From positions 7,266 to 71,265 of the forward strand of contig CAZDRE010000006.1 in the NCBI GenBank assembly GCA_964508155.1: a stretch of DNA of 64,000 bases. The letters are read 5' to 3'. The stretch is from an uncultured Candidatus Bathyarchaeia archaeon. Its GTDB lineage: Archaea > Thermoproteota > Bathyarchaeia > Bathyarchaeales > DTEX01. Below are positions 63,228 through 64,000 of this stretch, piece after piece (the stretch's first letter is position 1; every line of letters begins with the position of its first letter). The position numbers and the translations under genes were made by a program. The notes under the pieces are model-generated. The model had not been told where the DNA came from. It ran no database searches and worked only from the letters and a program-made list of their open reading frames with translations.

Positions 63228-64000
63228 AATATCAGCCTCCCACCTCCATTGAAGAGCCGTCCGTTCTTGCCGTTGAGATGGTTGTATCCGTTTCCGTTAT
63301 GAATTGTATGTGTCCATCTATGCTTCTTATTTCCAGTCAATACGAGGTCCATTAAGGCTTTGGTGCAACAAAATACCATTATGAAGAAGGCGAATGAAAG
63401 AGCTGGAAGCAGCCATAGAAGTCTCTTTCTTTCATCCATGTATGCTCCTGAGCCTACCTCGAAGAAGGGAGCGAAGTTCCCGATGGTGCTGTATGTGAAT
63501 ACTGAGAGAACGAAGAAGTAGTATCGGCAGAGGTCAGTTGTGAAGAAGATTGTTTCGTGAGATAGGTATGCTCCGACTCCTATAATCCATGCAACGAGAA
63601 CTATGACTGGCATGAAATATATGCATAACAGTAACGCTAGCTCCATCTTTTCGTAGAGAGATAGATGCTCAGCCTTGAATACATTCTTCAAGTGTTTAAT
63701 TGCGCATTGCATATGTCCCTTTGCCCACCTATATCTTTGATTCCAGTATGCCCTCCAGCTCGTTACTGCCTCCTCATATGATTCAGCGTCATTCACGTAT
63801 CTTATCTGGTACCCATGGAGTATCAATTTGATTGTTAAGTCGGTGTCCTCGGTGAGCATTGTCGGATCCCAACCTCCAACCTTTTCTAGCGCTTCCTTCC
63901 TGAAACCACCGACCGTTCCGCCATATTGAGGAATTAGAATAAGTTCATCTCTTGCCTGCTGGTCTATTCTGTATCCCCCTATCCTCTCAAGCGTCACTAT
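63224..64000 (-). CDS. processive family-2 glycosyltransferase (cellulose/chitin/PNAG-synthase-like), 5'-truncated by the window edge
   Basis: It has 'TEDTDLT' and 'QRYRWAKG' (QxxRW) followed by 4 TM helices. The reading frame is open to the window end. Confidence 0.75.
   Translation of the reverse strand: MVTLERIGGYRIDQQARDELILIPQYGGTVGGFRKEALEKVGGWDPTMLTEDTDLTIKLILHGYQIRYVNDAESYEEAVTSWRAYWNQRYRWAKGHMQCAIKHLKNVFKAEHLSLYEKMELALLLCIYFMPVIVLVAWIIGVGAYLSHETIFFTTDLCRYYFFVLSVFTYSTIGNFAPFFEVGSGAYMDERKRLLWLLPALSFAFFIMVFCCTKALMDLVLTGNKKHRWTHTIHNGNGYNHLNGKNGRLFNGGGRLIL

Noticed and set aside
1-64000. CRISPR arrays, rRNA genes, additional tRNAs, and large direct or inverted repeats.
   Set aside because: By eye I saw no regularly spaced repeats, no rRNA-like conserved blocks and no second GGTTCGAATCC-type T-arm. 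A computational repeat or Infernal scan would be needed for certainty.

Overview
This is a densely coding archaeal chromosomal segment. The archaeal hallmarks are ribosomal stalk protein P1, a GPN-loop GTPase, Fap7/AK6, a pilin with a class-III signal peptide, and a tRNA with a bulge-helix-bulge intron. By eye, codon usage is rich in AGA/AGG and ATA. All protein calls rest on motif recall from the supplied translations; no database search was possible.

Housekeeping genes: SufC-SufB/D, AsnRS, P1-AlaRS-LeuRS, threonine synthase, aminotransferases, CinA-like and agmatinase.

These are interleaved with a bacterial-looking carbohydrate/glycan set:
- two FucI-like isomerases
- two URO-D-like proteins
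- one DUF6807/PmoA-like protein
- a TIM-barrel isomerase
- two PfkB kinases
- sulfatase-like and NPP-like alkaline-phosphatase-superfamily enzymes
- a BNR/sialidase-like protein

No rRNA genes or CRISPR arrays were seen.

Candidates most worth follow-up:
1. 21.7-23.3 kb: a tnpB-only IS200/IS605-like locus. The RuvC-III motif reads NRH instead of DRD. A 15-nt sequence at the expected guide position is repeated exactly inside the tnpB ORF. The locus sits tail-to-head with a pilin gene, which invites comparison with a TldR-like RNA-guided regulator.
2. 59.8-64.0 kb: a co-directional module of a processive GT2 synthase (QxxRW), then a 676-aa TM + bactofilin-like + P-loop NTPase + wHTH fusion whose start overlaps the GT2 stop, then a secreted C-terminally anchored protein, then a Cys-based phosphatase.
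3. 51.7-53.2 kb: a threonine-synthase paralogue with the PLP lysine replaced by Arg, fused to a PadR-like wHTH.
4. 18.06-18.16 kb: tRNA-Ser(CGA) with a 20-nt BHB intron between acceptor-stem positions 3 and 4.

Four small genes (NifX-like, ArsR-like, RHH-like, and a decayed ~0.9-kb region) appear interrupted, whereas all large ORFs are intact.
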